Below are positions 57,122 through 64,000 of a stretch of 64,000 nucleotides of DNA, one piece after another. The position numbers were made by a program, and so were the translations under genes. The stretch is taken from the NCBI RefSeq assembly GCF_009914755.1, contig NC_060933.1; one strand, written 5' to 3'. The notes beneath the pieces were generated by a model. It made no database searches, had not been told where the DNA came from, and saw only the letters and a list, made by a program, of their open reading frames with translations. The DNA comes from the human T2T-CHM13v2.0 reference genome, Homo sapiens. Within the stretch, counting starts at the first letter, position 1, and each line of letters starts with the position of its first letter.

Positions 57122-58369
57122 GATAGGAATAGTACAGGGTGCACTGAGGACATATAATGAGGTGGGGGGCCAGAAGGAGTTGGAGCACTAATCTAGTATG
57201 GACTGGCAGAGAAGACCTCTCTAATAAAAGACATTTGGGTTAAGACCTGAATGATGAACAGGACTTTGGACAGTGAAAAGCAGAGGGACAAAGATTCCAG
57301 GAAGAGAGAATTGCAGTGAAAAGGACTAGAGACAGAAAGGAACTTGAAACACAAGTAGTCTTACAATAAACTTAAAATTTGACATAACCTAATTACTAAC
57401 CAAATTACAACTTGATATAACCTAATTCCAATTTGATATAACCTTAAAAGCAACAGAACCTAATACATAATGATCCAAAGTCAAATAAGATATGGTGCCT
57501 ACTCTAAGGAAGCTCAGAGGCAAATAAGTGAGATGTATTCCTATTCTCTATTCCTTTTTCATCATGAAAAAGAAATGGGGACAGGGATCAATACTTACTA
57601 CCTAAATGAGCTTAAGCAAATTATTTAATCTCTTTAAAACTTGGATAATAGTATCTGTCCTGCCAATTTCAACTGTTAATATCTGTCAGGGTCCTTAAGT
57701 GCAAGGAACAGAAATCATCTATAAATGATATAAAAGCTGAAAATGAATTTATTAAAGGACATTAAGCAGCTCACAGACTCTCCCAGAAGCTGAAGAAACA
57801 AGCTAGAGGTTCTCCTCCCAATAAAGCCTCTGAGTACCTAACACTGCAGCTTGCAACAACACACTGATGCTGGACACTGGTTGCTGGTGATAGAACATTG
57901 CAGTCTCGGAAACGATGTAGTTACTGCGGCTGTCACCCTTACTTCAACAGACTCTCTGAAGTCCTGCTTCTGGTTGTCATTCAAGTTTGAGTTGAGTCCA
58001 CCAAATTAGATTGGAGAGTCTAGCAAGCAATAATACTCATGTCCCAGTAATAAGGAAGACTAGGAAAGCCAGTATCTGTCACTTTCAGTTCCTGTAAGGG
58101 TGTTGGGGGGCAGGGTAAGGGAGAAACTCTGCCAAAAGGATGACAAATGGCCACTGCAAATAGGGTGAGCTCAAATGAGATAATTACATGAAAATGTTTC
58201 ACAAACTAAGGGAGAATTCAGCCACATAACATTATCTCATTTTGTGTTGTATTGATTTTTAACTCCTCGAAGGCAGGCAAGTTGGAAATAATGTGTAAAA
58301 TAATGTTAAAATCCCAATACATATGCAATCACATTTAAGCTGTTATCAATGAAGATTGGAAGGAAACAT

Positions 58370-58900
58370 ACAGTAAAAGTTATTTTATTAGAGAAGTGGG
58401 ATTTAAGGTGAAGTAGTTCTTAAATTAAAAAAAAAAAAAAAAAGGACACTTTCCATTGAATTCACAGTCTTCCCCACAAACTTGGATCCAAATTCTAATG
58501 AAAGGAAGCTTAAAGACGCAAAGCTTCTGGTGAAAGCAGGAACGGAACAGTTGGTGCCAGAATCGCATCCATACTTCATGATGCGTTGTGTACGCTATGC
58601 CGTCCTAATAGGAAGGAAAACTACCACAAATTAGGAGTTTAGAAAATTGCACAATGCTGCCTACCACTTAACTTCAAATGTAACCTGTTAACAACGTTAG
58701 CCGACGTGAGGTTACCTAGGGACATAGCAAAACTCGCTAGAGTTACTTCAAGTAAGGCACACGGAGGTTGCTCTGATTATCAAGAAAACCAAACGTTCAC
58801 ATAAAATGTTTGTCTTCCAGCCGCCCCGCTGTTTTCCACTTTTTCCAAAAAGCACTGAAGCGTGGTGAAGAAACAAACATATCCTCAATTCTCGCGAGAG
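58370..58900 (-). ncRNA. Candidate short divergent antisense lncRNA from the second CpG island (position fits IFT74-AS1)
   Basis: Divergent to the promoter; minus-strand AATAAA at 58384-58389; name from memory only. Confidence 0.35.
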
Positions 58901-59370
58901 CTCCGTGTGTAACCAAGGGCTGAGGCGGAGGATTGGTCACTCAGGATGAGGAGCCTCCGCTATCCCGCCCCCGTTGCCGGGATACGCCGCGGCGCACGGC
59001 AGTTAGTGGGTAGGCCTGAGAGCCGAGGAAAACTGAGCGTGGGCCTCAGAAAGAAGTTAAGGCACCCGCGAGCCGGGCAACTGCCCTCCTTCCGCGCCGG
59101 CGGAGGTGAGAATCCCCGGGTCCCATCTCTTCCTCCCTCCCTCCCACGTCTGTTCTCTTGCCTTGGAGATGCTGATCCGCTCCAAACAAAACAAATTCAA
59201 ACTCGGTCTTAGCTAACTGTTACCGTCGGGCCTGTAGCCAGGCCAGGCATGTACCAATTCTAGTCGAGCGAAGGTTGCGAACAGACCTCCTCCAACAGCC
59301 CGACCCCTCCCCGACCCCCCGCAGGAGACCCGCCAAGCACAGAGCAGAGGGAAGGACCGCGATGGGCTGA
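58850..59370. promoter_or_regulatory. Second CpG island; main promoter of IFT74 (plus strand)
   Basis: CpG-rich; TCTCGCGAGA 58890-58899; ATTGG 58932-58936; GC box 58964-58972; X-box GTTGCCGGGATAC 58973-58985. Confidence 0.85.
58990..59105 (+). other. IFT74: Non-coding first exon of IFT74 (intraflagellar transport 74); coding exons lie beyond the window
   Basis: Donor GAG|GTGAGA at 59103-59111 just downstream of an RFX X-box promoter; IFT74 is the known divergent neighbour of PLAA; start approximate. Confidence 0.7.
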
Positions 59371-60388
59371 AGGATTTTAGTCAAAGCAATACATTTCTGC
59401 CTCTTACAGTGGAAGGGACTTATTTCTGTCTGTTGATCACAGTGCGGGCAGTTAGCAACTTTCCACTTATTCACCTGTGTGAGAATGGTTGGCTTAGGGA
59501 GGATAACGATAGTAATAATAATTAGAAGCAGATGTTTTAAATGTAATACTTATCGTCTTCACAACAGCCCTGCAAGGTAGATGTCACCCTTCTGTTTTAC
59601 AGAAGATGAAATCCTGAGGGGTTAATTAAGGTGGCAAGATTATGCAGCCGCTAACTTTGTCAGCACTAGTTTGTATCGCTAATCATTCTGGATCCAAAGG
59701 CCAGGCTGCCTCTCTGTGTGAATAATTGGAAATTGTGTGACTCTTTGATTGAATAACCCCGAAGTTAGTGGTATATTTGTTGCTAATGCCCGCCTCTTAA
59801 TCCCACTGGTAATAATATAATGGTAAGCTTTTTTTCACCACAGTAAAACGGTGGCAAAGAAAATTGGGTGAAATTTTTTATGTTGTACATTTTCTCAAAG
59901 TTAGCAGGAAACCTAGAGTAATATCTTTTCCACTGGAAAGAGATGTTTATTGTACTCGTTTTCTTCTGGAAAAACCATTTTGATCATACACCGTCTTCCT
60001 TTTCAAAGAGTCATTTCATGAAATTCCTTTTTCCATTTGAAATTCTTTTGCTTTGTACATAGAGTTCAAAATGGCAAGGAATTAGAATCAGGGAGCTAGT
60101 GGGGTCAGGAAGATTGATGTGAACATATTCAAATGAGATATCTGAATGGAAATTTCAGATAAACAATTGAAAACTCAAAATTGGTGCCCAGTTGAAAGGG
60201 CAGAACTGTAGACATTGATTAGTGAGCCGTACACATAGTTGGAGTTATAAAGATGCATGACTGTAGAAAGGATAGAAGCAGTCCAAGGACTGATTACGAG
60301 TAATGCTAAGAAAAGTCAGAAAAGTAGTACTGGACATAGAGTGTAGAAACAGAGAAATCATTTTAGTCCAACACACGCTTTGTTTGCC

Positions 60389-60641
60389 TTTTTTTTTTTT
60401 GAGACGGAGTCTTGCTCAGTCGCCCAGGCTGGAGTGCAGTGGCGCGATCTCGGCTCACTGCAAGCTCCGCCTCCTGGGACTACGCCCGCCACCACGCCCG
60501 GATAATTTTTTTTTTGTATTTTTAGTAGAGATAGGGTTTCACTATGTTAGCCAGGATGGTCTCCATCTCCTGATCTCGTGATCCACCCGCCTCGGCCTCC
60601 CAAAGTTCTGGGATTACAGGCGTGAGCCACCGCTCCCGGTC
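60389..60641 (-). mobile_element. AluY with internal deletion
   Basis: TSD cgctttgtttgc; ctcctggg joined directly to actac. Confidence 0.93.
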
Positions 60642-61652
60642 GCTTTGTTTGCTTTTTAACAATTTAGTAAATTTTTGTAATTGGCAATACCTTTATGTAC
60701 GAGGAAATTTAAAAGATACAAGAGAGAACAAAGTTTTTGCTTATCACTGAGACAGATTTTGGGGATATAAAGATGATTAAGATTCAGCTCTTGCCATAAA
60801 GGGTGAGAAATACTTAAGCAGATCATTTCAAGTGGTGTGATAGGTTCTGGAATAAAGTAATACACAGGATGCATGGTAGCATGTAGAACAGGCCTATACA
60901 CTGAAATTGAAGAAGACGAAGATTCCAAGACCAGTTATGGACTGGTCATGGAAGGATTCCCAGAGAAAGTAATAGGCAAAATGTGTGTTAGGCAAGGGGA
61001 CCACTTAAGAGGCTGGTATAATAGTCCACCTGAGTCAGTGATGCCCTGAATTGGCCAGTGCTGTAGGAATAGAGAGTAAAGTACCTGTTAAACACTTAGG
61101 AACAAAATCAGTAGAACTAAACAAAACAAACTCAGTAGAACTATGTGACCAGCCATGGGAGTAAGGGAGAGGAAGATGTCAAGGACTAAATTTCTTACTT
61201 GTGTGACTAGGAGGTGACACCAAGAGGAAGGACAAATTTTGAGCAGATGATAATGAGTTTGGATTACATATGTTTATTTTGAAATATTTAGACATCTAAG
61301 TGGAGATGTTATTATTTGGATATAAACACCGCAAGCTGAGTGCTAAAATAAGGAAGTTGTGTGGAATCAGTTTATTAATTGTTAAAACCCTGAGTGTGGA
61401 TAAGGGGGCCCAAGGGGAGTTTAGAGAGAGAAAAGAAAAAGATGGTGGATGGTATCTTAGAAAATGCTCTATATAAGGACAGATCAAGGAGACAGAAAAA
61501 AGAACCAGAAGAGAGGGAAGTGTCATGGAGATGTTTCATATAAATGTGGACACCAGTAAAGTAGGATGACATTTACAGCACTGGCAATATTGGCAGGGGT
61601 CATTTGAATCAAACGGTAGCAATCCAGGAGATACTGGGAAATGAAGCAGTAG

Positions 61653-61991
<339 letters not shown>

Positions 61992-63666
61992 GGATATAAG
62001 CTATTCTTAGGAATTTGGCTGCATAAGGGAAGGATGTATGGGACAGTTAGATAGAGGTGGTTGCAGGATCAAGAAATAAGTTTTTGAAGGTAGGAAAGAA
62101 TTGAACATGGTAACAGACTGAAGGAAAGGAGAAAGTTTAAAGATAATTGGTAGCAGTGAGGTTAATGCCACAAAAAAGATGGGATCAAGGGTAAATCAGA
62201 GTAAGATTGATCTTGAATGAGAGAAGGAATGGCTGTTGAGACTGGAGGGCAGGATGGATGTAGAGAAGTTTATGTGCCCCAAAGGTGATGGAGTTCAAGT
62301 TGTAATTTTTTTAAATGAGTCATCTGCTGAGAGTGGCAGGAACAGAGGTTAAATAGAAAAGTAGTTAAGGGTGAGAATCATCAAGTAGAGAAGTATCTTA
62401 ACAAGGATAAATCATTTCTGAAATGAGGGTCCAGCTAAGATTTGTGACTATCACTTTGCAGTACCCCAGTCTGTACAGTTGTATGATTTCCATCAGCAAT
62501 GTTCAGCACTTCAGATTGGATGTAGAGAAGGGTTTCTGATTTTGCCAGATGGGCTGGAGAATAGTTCAAGGATACAAATTAGTTGATAGTGCTCATGAGA
62601 CACTAATTTCTTGAGAGAAGGAGGAGAGTTCTTAAACACCCTTGTCAAGGTATCACTAGTGACTTCTTGAATGGGGACTCCATTGGACATTTCAGTTTTC
62701 ATCTTACTTGAATTTCCAACGTAAATGGCATGGCTCAGATTCCTGCCTTCTCTTGGCGTCTCTGACACACACTCCTGGTTTTTTTCTTTGCTTTCTGGGC
62801 CTTAATTTTCAGTCTCTCATACTAGATTTTCCTCTTGTGTGTAATCTGTATGTATTGATGTTCCTCAGGACAGAATCTTGGGCACTATTCTCTTTTTCTC
62901 CATATTCTTTGTCTAGATAAGTATCTTCATAACTATTTTATATGACCTACAATAGGACATACATTTTTATATTGTAGCCCAGTAAACACATATGTGTAAA
63001 TTTATGTAAATATAGCTGAAACAAAAATTTACTGAAACAATGTTTACCCTTCATATTTTCAGTGAGCTCTTTTTGTTTAAATTTTATTTCACGTTTAAGT
63101 ATCTTGGTCATAACCTACAAAATTGTTTTCAGAACTTACTAACGGATGTGACCAACAATTTGAAAACTACTACTCTAAATTATGAGACAGAATTTTAAAT
63201 AATGTTATATTCTGATGAATAAAGGAGAGGGCTGATAAACTGGGAGAGAATGAGTGAATTAAGGAAATGGTTTAAAGGCAGGTGTAGCAGAATGAAGATG
63301 AGAAAAGGGTAGGAGAGGAGAAGACCAGAGAATAGAGTATTTCAATTAAGATGTTTGAGATGAAGCAATTCCAGATGATGACAAGCTCCATGTCTCGCCA
63401 TGGCTATAAATTACTGAAATGGAGTTAAGATCATTGCTAAAGTTGAGGTCAGGGAACTGTGAAGCTGGAGTGTTAGGTATTGGATCTAGTATCTAGATGG
63501 AAGTCATCCAGGGTGATGGTGAGATTGGAATAGAGAAGCTGTGAACTAGGTACAAAAGACTTTAGTAAAGATAGAGGAGAGATTAGGAAGTCACTAATTA
63601 CCAGCAACCAGGAAAGATCAAGGCAATATTGTTGCATTCCCAGATCCTCAGAAGAAGTGAATCTTG

Positions 63667-63972
63667 TTTTTTTTTTTTTTTTTTGGGTGGGGGGATGGAG
63701 TCTCGCTGTGTCGCCCAGGCTGGAGTGCAGTAGCGCAATCTCGGCTCACTGCAAACTCTGCTTCCCAGGTTCATGCCGTTCTCCTGCCTCGGCCTCCTGA
63801 GTAGCTGGTACTACAGGCACCCGCCACCACGCCCAGCTAATTTTTTGTATTTTTAGTAGAGACGGGGTTTCCCTGTGTTAGCCAGGATGGTCTCGATCTG
63901 CTGACCTCATGATCCACCTGCCTTGGCCTCCCAAAGTGCTGGGGTTACACGCGTTTGCCACTGCGCCTGGCC
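63667..63972 (-). mobile_element. Alu (Y/Sc)
   Basis: TSD tcttgtt. Confidence 0.93.
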
Positions 63973-64000
63973 TCTTGTTAATTTTTTTAAAGGTGTGGAA

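Noticed and set aside
58946-59212. 88-aa ORF in the second CpG island as the start of the IFT74 CDS
   Set aside because: No resemblance to IFT74; it runs through the donor at 59106, and its ATG lies within the promoter motifs

Overview
Primate genomic DNA, most likely human 9p21.2. The window holds the complete PLAA gene (phospholipase A2-activating protein, Doa1/Ufd3 ortholog) on the minus strand. I reconstructed 14 coding exons by hand. All introns are GT-AG, and the CDS is 2388 nt = 795 aa + TAG, with WD40-PFU-PUL domains. The start ATG is at 49648 in a CpG island, and the stop is at 8126-8128. A second CpG island at ~58.85-59.37 kb carries BANP, CCAAT, GC-box and RFX X-box motifs plus a plus-strand splice donor. 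It fits the main first exon of the head-to-head neighbour IFT74; this identity comes from knowledge of the locus, and no IFT74 CDS is in the window. The remainder is repeat-rich: about 40 Alus, old L1/L2/MIR, MaLR and ERV1 LTRs, hAT and mariner DNA transposons. Most ORF-track entries are Alu or antisense artefacts. I found no convincing new biological system. The best leads are: (i) two homologous 69-nt symmetric exons encoding a DPFTG-xGRYVPGS repeat; (ii) a plus-strand donor inside the PLAA 5' UTR, implying an overlapping antisense first exon; (iii) a uORF whose stop overlaps the PLAA start (AUGA); (iv) a candidate poison exon in intron 8; (v) exon 13 bracketed by inverted Alus and starting with a donor-like sequence; (vi) several template-switch hairpins and nested insertions. 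Repeat subfamily names are from memory of consensus sequences, and repeat boundaries are approximate.
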